Assembly (NCBI GenBank): GCA_025558095.1
Contig: JAIVFI010000001.1
Coordinates: 1,116,001 to 1,180,000 of the forward strand
DNA from: Hyaloraphidium curvatum SAG 235-1
Taxonomy: Eukaryota > Fungi > Monoblepharomycota
DNA length: 64,000 bases
Direction of reading: 5' to 3'
The notes under the pieces are model-generated. The model ran no database searches, was not told the origin of the DNA, and worked only from the letters and a program-made list of their open reading frames with translations. The translations under genes and the position numbers were made by a program. Positions 52,953 through 63,414 of this stretch are shown here, in pieces (position 1 is the stretch's first letter; every line of letters starts with the position of its first letter).

Positions 52953-55361
52953 TCAGTACCGCCCGCGCCCGCCGCGCGAACCCCCGCGCGAAGACGAGCC
53001 ACCTCGGCCCGAGCCGCCGCGACCGCCAAAGCTCGACCTCTGGCCGGCAAACTTGCCGCCATAGCCCCCACCGCGGTCGCCGCCGCCACCTCCTCCCCGG
53101 GAATAACCTCCCCTGCCTCCCGACGCCCCGCCATATCCGCCACCGTATCCACCACCCTGCCCTTCGTCCCGATCCTCGAGCTCGGGCAGCTCCCGCGCCA
53201 CCTCGCAGGTGGCACCGTTCGCGGTGTTTTCCCACGGAATGCCCGTGATCTCGATCCGCGCGTTGCGCAGGCTCGAGTCGTCGTCCCCGTCATCCGAAGC
53301 ATCGTCCGCGGGGATGATCTTCACCTTGTCCGCGGCAACGTCCACGATCGCGCCAAGGGCGTCCTTGGTCATCCGCCAAACCTTGGTGTCCTCGTACTGG
53401 AGGTTCGGGAACAGGCGCTTCACCATCGCGCGGACGTAGCCCGCGTTGCGCATGGGCTCCTTGATCCGGAACAGCAGCGTGACCCAACCCTGCTCGGCGG
53501 TGAGCAAGCTCCGAGGCTTGGGCGGCTCGTAGGTTCCGCAGAGCGCGGCCAGCACCGCCGCCACGGCGTGCTCGGGGTGCTTCTTGCCGCCGAACTTTTC
53601 GAGCACGCGCTTGGCCTGCCCCGAGAACAGGCCGATCACGCGCTCGTCCATCCGCTCCAAAATCGAGTCCACGGCGTCAGCAGCGTGGCTCCGCACGACG
53701 TCCTCGGCGCGGGGACCGCCGCGGCGCTCGAGCCGGATCCCAGTCCGCCTCTCGATGACGCCAAGCATGTACTCCTGGTTCGATTTGTAGAAGGTGACGC
53801 AGGTGCCCGATTTGCCCGCGCGGCCCGTCCGGCCGCTGCGGTGTACGTAAGTGTCCACGTCCGACGGCGGCTCGCAGTTGACGACCAGATCGATCTCGGG
53901 GATGTCCAGGCCGCGCGCGGCGACGTTGGTGGCAATCAGCAGCGACACCTTGCCCTCGCGGAAGTTCTTGAGGGTGGCCTCGCGGAGCTGCTGCGACACA
54001 TCGCCGTGGATCGCCGCGGCGTTGAATTTCTTCAGCGACGGGTTCATGGCCAGCTCGTTGGCCTCCTTCTTGGTCTCGGTGAAGATGATGGTGCGCCCTC
54101 CCGCGGCACCGGGGCGGCCGTACGCCGACACGACGTCGGCGATGATCTCGCTCCGGTTCTGCCACCGCGCGGGGATGGCGATGTGGCGGATGTGCTCGGC
54201 CGTCTTGAGCTTGGACGAGCCCACGAGGTCGATGGTGACGCGGTTCTTGCGGTCCATGTAGCGCTCGACGGCCTTGTTGACCCAGTCCGAGATGGTGGCG
54301 GAGAAGAGGAGGAACTGGTGCTTGGGCGAGTCCGCGACGGCCTGCTTCTGCTCGATGACGGCGGCCATCGCCTGCTCCATGTTCTCGCCGAAACCGATGT
54401 CGAGCATCTGATCGCATTCGTCGAGGCAGACGAAGAGCAGGCCCGAGAGCTGGAAGGTGCCCTTGGAGATGTGATCAAGGATGCGGCCGGGGGTCCCGAT
54501 CACGACATCAACCCCGTTGCGGAAGGCGGCGTCTGCGGGATCAGAGAAAAGTCAGCAACAGCCCGTCGAGAAGGCCCTAAATCGCTGGAACCCACTTTGC
54601 GAGTTGTACTCGGTGCCGCCGTAGACGCACACGGTTGAGATCTCGTCGCCCGCGCAGTTCTCCATCTCCTTGGCCACCTGCAGCGCCAGCTCCCTGGTCG
54701 GCGCCATCACCAGCGCCCGCGGCTTCCTGCCGCGCTTGTGCTTGCCGATCCCGCGCTCCTTGTTGTCCCGCAGGAGTCGCTCCACGATGGGGAGCGAGAA
54801 GGCGAGGGTCTTGCCGGTGCCCGTGCGGGCGCGGCCGAGGAGGTCCTTGCCGTCGAAGATGGGGTCGAAAGTCTTGGCTTGGATGGGGAAGAGGGAGTTG
54901 ATGCCCTTGGAGCGCAGGGCGGCGATTGTCGAGGGCGAGAGGCGGTACGAGCTCAGCCGGAGCTCCTCCGCCACCGAGTCGTCCTCATCGGCCGCGGCCT
55001 TCTTCTTCTTCTTGGGCGGCTCGTCGATGGAAGGTGCGGGCGAGGGCGTGTCCCGGCTGGGCGCGGGCGAGGGGTAGTCCCGGCGCGGAGTGGGGGCGAC
55101 CAGCTCGGCAGCCTTGAGCGCCGCCACCCGCTTGTCCTGGGGCGCCTCGGGCGACGACTCCTTCTCCCGCTTCTCCTTCTTCTTCTTCTTCCGCTCCTTC
55201 TTGGCGGCGTCGGACTCGCTCGACGACTCGGCGGCCTCGGCCCGCTTCCGCTTTTTCTCCTCGCGGCGCGCGCGCCGTTCCTCTTTCGATTCCGTCGGGG
55301 TCTCGGCCATCTCGACGTCGGGCTCAACGACTGCGGCTTCGGACTTGCTGCGCTTCCCCAT
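52953..55361 (-). CDS. DDX21: Nucleolar DEAD-box RNA helicase DDX21/DDX50-like with RGG tail
   Basis: Intron 54595-54533; LFPIQ, ARTGTGKT, PTRELA, DECD, SAT, TNVAARGLDIP, HRSGRTGRAG, GUCT-like region, RGG end. Confidence 0.88.
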
Positions 55362-55482
55362 GGCCGGTTTCAAGGAATGAAGAACCGGGGGAAGAAAGTC
55401 TACAAAGTGAGCGCGTCGCTTTGTTTCGGTCCGTCCTCGATCAAAACATGCTGGTCCCCGCCACAAGCCCTCGGGCAAACTA

Positions 55483-56440
55483 TTACTTGGAGCCAAATTC
55501 CGCAATCTTGCGCTCCAAGCCCGCAGGATCGGCTCCGCGGATTTGATCGACCAATTTACCGTCCTGGATGAAGCAGAAGGTTGGAATGGCCGAAACGGAG
55601 AATTTCTGCAATCGTACGGCCACGTCAGAAGGTGCTCGGTGGAGAGCACTCGCGGCAACTCACGTTGGCCGATTCGGGGTTGTCGTCCACGTCCACCTTG
55701 AGGAACTTGATGCCCGAGTCGCCGTACTTAGTGGACAACTTTTCGAAAATGGGCCCCATGATCTTGAAGAGAACGGTAAGAACGGCGCCTGAAGCCCAGC
55801 AATCGAGACGCACCTTGCAGGGCGGACACCATCTGCATAACCAGAAGGAGGAGAAGACGGAGAGGGAGACAGCGAAGAGAACGGTCAGAACGGCGCCACA
55901 ACCCAGGTGATCGAGACGCACGTCGCAGTGAAGTCCACAACTATTCGCCCTAGGTAAGAAGCGTGAGCGCGATCCCAAGACAGTAGCCAGAGGAAAGGCG
56001 GACTCGTGGAGCGCCTGGACTCCCCAAACGACACGCCAGCGCCTCTCGACGACGACTCCCGCCTCGATCACCTGCTCGACGAGCCCGGCAGCCGCCGAAA
56101 GCTCACCTTTACTAGTCAGTCCCTCGAGATCCCCGTCGCCGGCTTCCACGACGCCGGTCCCGCTGGCGGCGCTGCCGGCCGAGGTCGCCAAGCCTTTGGA
56201 CGCCGACGGCGTGGTCGCGACCGCCTGATCGACGGCGGGCGCGGCAACCGGCGGCGGGCAACTCCGCGGCAGCGCGAACGCGGCCTGCTTGAAGAGCGGC
56301 GAGGCGGCAAGCGGCGCGACGCGCGGCCCCGCTAGCGACGCGAGACTGCGCGATCCGGCGAGCGGCGCGGCGGCCGACGGCGCCACCGCGGCGCGGCGGC
56401 TGATCTGCGCAAAGGCGCGCGCGACTCGGATCGAGGCCAT
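55483..56440 (-). CDS. Thioredoxin (WCPPC) with a probable mitochondrial presequence, about 200 aa
   Basis: Exons 56440-56107, 55949-55922, 55832-55814, 55762-55664, 55605-55483 splice in frame to ..[39 protein letters not shown]..GAD. Confidence 0.92.
55763..55921 (-). repeat. Two homologous introns (about 48-nt shared segment) flanking a 19-nt microexon
   Basis: GTGCGTCTCGATCACCTGGGTTGTGGCGCCGTTCTGACCGTTCTCTTC versus GTGCGTCTCGATTGCTGGGCTTCAGGCGCCGTTCTTACCGTTCTCTTC. Confidence 0.92.
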
Positions 56441-56551
56441 CGGGCTAAGGGCGGCGTGGAGGCGGGGATCGAGTGTGTTTACGCGGGGATCGGGGTCGCG
56501 CCGCCACCGCGGAGTCACATCCAGGACGTTCGCCTGCTAGTCGGAGAAGCC

Positions 56552-57290
56552 ATGAAGGCGTTTCAAAGGCTCACATCGCGTCCTGCTCTTTCTGGTTTTG
56601 GCGCCAGGCCGGCCGTTCTGCCCGCCGCGGGCCCTTTACGCGGTGCGGTCCGCACGAGCTCAGGGAAGCCGGCCCTGCCCAAGCAGCCCGTGCTGCCGAA
56701 AATCGAGTACGAGAACGCGTCGCCGAGAGTCCAGGCCATCTACGACGACATCGTGCAGACGTACGACCTCAAAGGAAGCCATCAAGTGAACGACTTTTGG
56801 TCCGAGTCTTTCGAGGAAGTGCAGGATGCCCCTGAACGCCTGTGCCGCGCAGGAAGGTGTACGCGAACCACCCCGACGCAATGGAGTCGACTTGGCGCCG
56901 GATGAAGGTGATCATGGCCGAGGGCGAGCTTTCGGCGCTCATGAAGGTGGGTTCCCCGTCCGGCCTGCTGGAACCTTCCTCACCCCAACGGGCAGGAGCT
57001 GCTCTACGTTGCGGTGAGCATCTCCAACGGGTGCGACTACTGCGTGGCCTCGCACACGGCCAGCGCGAGGAAGGCGGGCCTGACGGACGGTGCGTGCTCG
57101 TCTGGGGCAAGTCAAGGAATCCGTTCCAATCCTCCTTCTCTCCCCAGGGATGTACGCCGAGATGCTCTCGGTCATCACGCTGGCAAATGAGACCAACCGC
57201 CTGGCTTTCGCCTACCGGTTAAACGCGGACCAGATGTACGAGAAGCTGTGGGCAAAGATGAACGAGGCGAGGCTCCAAAGCATGGAATAG
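56552..57290 (+). CDS. AhpD/carboxymuconolactone decarboxylase family protein with a probable mitochondrial presequence
   Basis: Introns 56800-56852, 56947-56995, 57090-57147; IEYENASPRVQAIYDDI, VNDFWK, KELLYVAVSISNGCDYCVASH, ANETNRL. Confidence 0.9.
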
Positions 57291-57360
57291 AATCTGGTTT
57301 TTCGACCAGCTGTACATGGCCCGCTACTCGCAGACCGTCGGTCGCCGCCTCGCACTGTGC

Positions 57361-60300
57361 CTACTGCACGGGCCGGGCCACCGCGTACGTGACGCCTCCA
57401 ATCGTAACCCTCCAAGTGTCCGTGGCTGCACCAGGGACGTCAGCTACGTTCAGGTCTCCCCGCAAAGAAGGTCTCTTACCGTCGGCCAGCAGGCCCTTCG
57501 ACCCGCCGGTCGGCTTGTGGATGTACATCCCGAGTGTCCGTCCCGTCGAACCGGGGCCGAACCTCGAGTTCCACGCCCCGGGAGCGACCACGCAGGTGGC
57601 CGTGTTGTCGTTCGCGGCGGTCGGCAAGGTGACCGAGGCGCTGGCATGGTTGGCTAGTCAGGAGGTGCCGCAGGCTGCGAGAGCGGGAACGCACCAGTTC
57701 CACATCCAAGCGGCCTGCGTCAACTGGTACCCTGCGAGAAGCCGGAAGCGGACGGTGTACCCATCGACGACAGTCGCCCCGTTGTTCTTCATCTGCAGCT
57801 CGCCGCTGAACCCGTATGCGTCGCCCGAGGACACGGTGTACGAGAGGGCCACCGGTGCGGCGGTGGAGGCCGCGGCCGTTGTCGTCGAGACTAGCGGTTC
57901 CGCGGACCGGCGCCGTTTCGCGGTGGTACGTCGTTTCGCGGTGGTACGTCGTTTCGCGGTGGTCCGACGCCGAGAGGTGGTGCGGCGGCGCCGTGAGGTC
58001 GTGCGTCGGCGCGCGGGGGTCACCTTACGTTTGACCGTCGTCGCGGTCCGAGATTTCGTCGTCGTGCGGGTCTTGGTCGTCGTCGCCTTTTTTGCCTGGC
58101 GATCAGGGATCAATTGACCAGGAAGGAAGGGAGATGTCCATGGTGCTCACCGTGGTGGGACGCACGGTGGGGGATTTCTGTGCGGTGGTTGATTTCTGCA
58201 CGGTCGTAGACTTTTGCGCGGTGGTGGTTTTTTGTGCGATCGCGGTCGAGGTCGCAGGAGGAGGAGGCGGCGGAGGCGGCGGCGTGCTTCCGCATGATCC
58301 GGCACCTGCATACGCGAGGTGCGCTGCGGTGTAGGGCGGCAGCAGCACCTTGTCCCCCGGGACGAGGCACAGGTTCGTCTCGAACTTGCGGATCCCCAGC
58401 GACTGGCCAAAGTACTTGACCGAGTACTGCCCCGCCGCGACGCCGGAACCGACGGCAAAGGCCTGGAAGTTGGAGGGGTCCTTGTTGACCAGCAGGAGGG
58501 TCGTGTTGCCGCCCGAGTGCGCGGCGTAGACACCCGTAAGGTCCCAATTGGGCTGGCTCGAGAAGGTGATTGGGAGGTACGTGCTGGCAACGATGAGTGA
58601 GCAACGATGCATAGTTGAGCACTCTGGCTCGCCGCCCACCTCCCGAAAGGAATGCGGCCTCCCCGAACGATCCACCATCCGAGCCACGCGGCGCTGCCTT
58701 CCGCTGGAGAAGTCCAGTAGCTAGCCGCGTCGAGCTTCTCGCGAGCAAAAATGCCCAGGACGTCTGTTACTGCCAAACCACCGCTGATATCTGCCTCCGC
58801 GCCGAAGTTCCACTCGCTGAGAAGCTGCGTAAGTAGGCATTGCCATACGTACTCGGGTCAAACCCACTGGATTCCGAACGAAGTCCCCGGATAATTCTGC
58901 GCAATTAAATCCCTGAAACGCGGGATGAGATAGACGTAGTTCGGATTCGGCTGATTCGTGGACCATTGGCCATCGCGCCCGATCCAGCCCTCGTCTTTGT
59001 ATGTCGGATCCCACAGCGACCGCGGCGACCTTAGCCGCTTGGCCCTCGTTGCGGCGTCCACAGCATCGTTGAAAACATCGTTCGGATAGTAATGGATGTC
59101 TAGCTGATCGAGCATGCGCTTGGCACGCAGGTCCGAAAAGGCCTTCATCTGCTGCAGGAACCAAACGAGGAAATCCGTGCCCCCGTTGGCCGCCTTATCG
59201 GCGCTGCCGGCGTCGGAGTTCCAGTAGTAGAACCAGCAGCATGAGGAAGGTGCGGCGAGCTTTGTCTGCTCGAATCCGGGCGTGGTGCGCAGGGTGTCGG
59301 CCGTATCCTTGACCCTCTGCAGCATCTCCGCGTACGTGATCTTGTCGTAGTGCATATCGCGGTGGGTGGATGCGCAGATGTCGATCTCGTTTCCAGCCGC
59401 GACGACCTCGGGCACGAGGCCGCGGGCCGGCAGCGTAGACAGCCAAGTCTTGAGGCGCGCCTGCGTCCAAGCCTCGTACGCGGTGTTGGGGTTCGCGCGG
59501 TAGAGGGTGCCGTTGGAAGCGACGCCGTTGCCTGCATCGGGCTTCCAAGGGTCGAACGACGTCTGGTCCGGGAAGGCGGTCTTCGAGTAGGAGTAGGAAG
59601 TTGCATCCTTGCTGACCCAGTCCATGATCGGGACCGTGAAGAAAGCCTTCGCCCCGCGGCCCTTGACAGTCGCCAGCCAGCCCTCCGCGCCTCCGTTTTC
59701 CTGCGGCCTATTCTCGTAGAACCAATCCTGGGCAGCGTTGGTGACGTTCTTGAAGGGGTTGAAGGTCGAAACCGCGTTGCCACCCCACCGCGCCGAGGGG
59801 ATGCGCAGGGCAGTAATGCTCGACGCAGTAGGGAAGGCGTGGCCGTAGATTAGCTCCGAAATCGGGTACCCGTTTGCGCCGAAGTCGACGTTGACCGTGA
59901 GGGGCGCCGGGCTGGGCACTGTGGCCTGCAGCGTAGTCGTGCCGTCCGCAAGGGTCACCTGCACGGTCGCCCCCGGGGCAAAGTCCGATGCGAGCTGCAC
60001 GAGCAGCCGCGAATTGGCTGCATCGACGTCCGTGAAGGCTATGGTTTGGACCACGCCGTTCACCCTGACGACGATGTCGGCGGCCGAAGTGACGGAAGAG
60101 AGGAGGACGGAGCGAGCGCCAAAGATGTTGAGCGACGCTGCCCCGGCCGGGAGGTTGGTCAGGACGTTTATCGTGTCGATGGTGACGGTCGGGGCGGTGC
60201 CGCCGCCATCAAAGATGGAGAAGCGGTTCCAGTCCGTGCGGGCGGGCGTGAGCGCCGAAATATCCACGATACAGCGGACCAGGGTGCCCGTGGAAGGTTG

Positions 60301-60678
60301 GGCATTCGGATCTGCCTGAATCGTCTTGACGTCGATGTGGTTCGAAGAGACGCCTGCGCCTGTGGCGTCCGCGTAGAATTCAACCTTTGCCGACGGGTCG
60401 TAGGCGATCCAGAACTCGAGGCCACTGCCTACGATGGTGCCGGTCGTCTTCTTGAGGCTCAGGGCACCCCACTGCCCCAGCACAGCTCGTATCGCGGCGG
60501 TGCCCTGTTTGGGCGATGCCGTGGAGGCGAAGTTGATGGTGGAAGACCAGCTCCAATTTTCCCAAGCCGAGCTGAGCGAGTCGCCGTAGATGGCTTCGTC
60601 CGCGAGCGCCACGCTCGCCAGCGTCCCGAGGATGACGCAGAGCGCGATGGCGGCGGGGAGCCGCGTGCGCCGGCGCAT
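57361..60678 (-). CDS. Secreted GH44 endoglucanase/xyloglucanase with Thr/Arg-rich linker and C-terminal CBM2-like domain
   Basis: Signal peptide; RWGGN, DWFYEN, NEIDI..THRDMH, LDIHYYP, RSLWDPTYKDEGWI, EWNFG, LLLVNKDP; introns 58867-58817, 58639-58584, 58150-58096, 57694-57641. Confidence 0.88.
57914..57966 (-). repeat. 18-nt coding tandem repeat (RRTTAK) x3
   Basis: CGTTTCGCGGTGGTACGT repeated on the + strand. Confidence 0.9.
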
Positions 60679-60981
60679 TGTTAGGGGGTGCCGTAGGCCG
60701 TCACGGAGCAATGCTGCGCACCGCGCGCCGGGCTCTTTGACTCATTAAACGGAGTCCTTGCTGGGTCGGGCGGTGTTGTGATTCGGAGTGGCGGTTGAAG
60801 GGGATGCCGTAGCACAGCCAGCCGCACTCGGCCCGCACTCACTCCAGGCTTTTGGAGATCGACCCCAGAAGATCTGGATGCCATCAAGATGGGTGATCAG
60901 AAGCAGTCTATGTCATTTACGGCAGCATAAACATCGCCAGGAGCGGAGCAAGCAAAGCAGATTAACCCAAGATGACTCAGT

Positions 60982-62662
60982 TCACTTGACGTTCAACCAC
61001 CGCTTCGCCATCTCGAAGGAAGCGAAGCTGACCCCGGCAGACGGCACCACCTGTGCGAGCTTAGCGAGGATGAAATTTGATTGCCCAGGAAAGCCCACCT
61101 TGGTCAATGTAGCGACCAGGCCTTTGTAGAAGCCGCGCGGCCCCTCCCTGGCCGCCGTCTGCCTCACGCAGTCGCCGATCCCCGAGTACCGGTTCGGATT
61201 GCTCGGCGAACCCTGGCTCTGCATCCGCGTCCGGATCACCTGCAGGGGATACACGGCGACGCAGGCCACCGATCCGGAGAAGCACCCGATGCCCAGGATC
61301 GCTACCACGGGGATCTCCTTGACCTCGGGGTTGCGCGCCTGGTACCACGTCTTGAGGTTCTCGTGCACGCCCAGGTTGATCCCCGCGTAGGGAATCACGC
61401 CGATCGACGCGGGGACGATGCCCCGGAAGAAGGCCGAGGGGCCCTCGGCGAGCATGTCCCGGAACACGCCGACGACGCCGCCGTCCGAGGCCTTGGCGGC
61501 GCCCGATGCGGTGGTGGCCACGTTGGACATTAGACGTATCTTCAAGCTATCCAAAGGGTACGTGAGGGTCTGGGCGACGAGGCCTGCGATCGATCCGGCG
61601 AGGAACTTGCCCTGGGGCGAGAGCGCCTTCTCGCTCTTCCCCTCCCATGACGCGATCGTCCTCTTGGCCGAGTCCAACGCGGCAAACATGATCGCCGATT
61701 CGGGGGCGACCTTGAGCACGTTCAGACCGTTGCCCCTCCAGCTGCAAGGAAGCTCGTTGGCTGAATGAACGAGATCGGCAGGCAGCGCAACCCACAATCC
61801 TTTTAGCCCGCCCTGTGAATAGATCTGCCTCGCCGCCGCGACGAACGCGTTGCCTCCCCCGACCGCCCCGCCGCCTCCGTTTTGGAAAAACACCCGCAGC
61901 CGGTCGAACGGCGCCGTCGACGTCCGCGAGGCGGCACCGGCGATCGCCCCCGCGAGGAACCCGTTCCAGGTGAACCCGCCCGGCTGCTGCGGCGTGATCT
62001 CGAGGTTCATGTTGGGATCGTATAGCTGCTGGAACTGCTGGAAGACCGAGACGAGGTCGACGCCGGTGGGGAGGACGACTGGGCGGGCCGTGAGGCGGGA
62101 TTGGAGGGGCAGAAGGCAAGAGCCCACGGCAAAAGTTCCGGAACTCTTCGAAGCTGATGTCGCCGCTCCCGTCCCTGTCGACCGTCGCGACGAACTTGGC
62201 CAGGTCGTTCTCGGCCAGCTTAATGCCCACCCGGCCCATGGCCGCCACGAGCTCGGCCTTGTCCACCTGGCCATCTTTCGACGTGTCCACGCTGTCGAAA
62301 AGCGCCCGAAGCCTCGCTTCCTTCCCGAAAATGAAATCCCGGAACTCATCGCGCGTCACTCTGCCGTCCTTCTTCCCGGACTCGGCGAGGTCGATCAACT
62401 CGGCGGCTGCCCCGACGCGTTGAGGCCCAGGGACCCCGACATCGACGTGAAAGCACCCACCGTACTTTGACGCGGCCTCGTCGCTGATCTCCGCCGGGCC
62501 CCCGATCGCCCGCGACAGCGCCCTCAGGCGGGGTGCGAGCTCCCGCACCGAGATCGCGCCGTCTTTGTCCTCGTCCAGGAACTGGAACAGGCGGTCGGCC
62601 CGCGCCGACTGTTCCTCGGAGAGGTCGAGGTGCGGGGGCGGTTCCGTCGCCGAGGCCGCCAT
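60982..62662 (-). CDS. SAL1: Ca2+-binding mitochondrial ATP-Mg/Pi carrier (SCaMC/Sal1)
   Basis: EF-hands DEDKDGAIS, DTSKDGQVD, DRDGSGDISFEEF; carrier motifs TAPFDRLR, WRGNGLNVLKVAPESAI, YPLQVIRTRMQ; several introns not mapped exactly. Confidence 0.9.
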
Positions 62663-63414
62663 TCCGGCACGCGCGGCACGCGGGGCCCGCAGGGCGCGGC
62701 GTGCCGGGGTGTTCGACGAGAGCTAGGCAGTGCTTTGGAAAGGGAGACGGCCCAGGGTCCACCTCCCTGGATCCACGCGGATCCACCAGCCCAGCATCTC
62801 GCATCGGTCCATAAGGCGATGCGAGGCTGATGTAGGGCAATCGCACATATTCAGAGAAGATCGCTAGCAACGAGCGAGTGGATTGGGCACTTTGCACCAT
62901 GCGCCATCGGGACGAATGACCCCAGCAGCCTCAGCTACCTTGGAATGCACCAAGGAGGCCCTATGTGACACCGTGCTGATTGAGATCATGATAGGCAATC
63001 CGAGTGCAGGATAGAATTGACCCATTTGTGTTTGACGGGTTGGGCGCACTCGCGAGACTATCGATAGTCACATCGCGAAAACTCGAGTGACTTTGGCGCC
63101 ACGCCAAACTCCCCGGGGGCACCGCCGCGGGCCGGGAACACGCTTTCCTCGCTCCTCGTCCTTCTTTCTCCGCAGCGGGCCGCGGCACGCGCGTGCTGCG
63201 ACTGCGGGCTGCGCGGCAACTCGCGTTTCGCGGTCCCGCGTCTCCGCGCTTCGCTGTCACCAGAGGCCGGAAAGCGCCTTCCGGGGACGCGTTTTTCGTG
63301 CGCGCGCGAGGCGTCTGCCGCATGCCGAAGCTCGCCGCGTTCGTCATCGCACTCGCCGCCGCTGCTCGCCTGAAGAGCAGGAGGGCCCGCGGTCCCAGCG
63401 ACGCGACTCAGAAG

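Noticed and set aside
57914-57966. Short repeats here and at 3684-3727, 16190-16400 and 43968-44157 as a CRISPR array
   Set aside because: They are tandem with no spacers, mostly codon-phased coding repeats; there are no cas genes and the context is eukaryotic.
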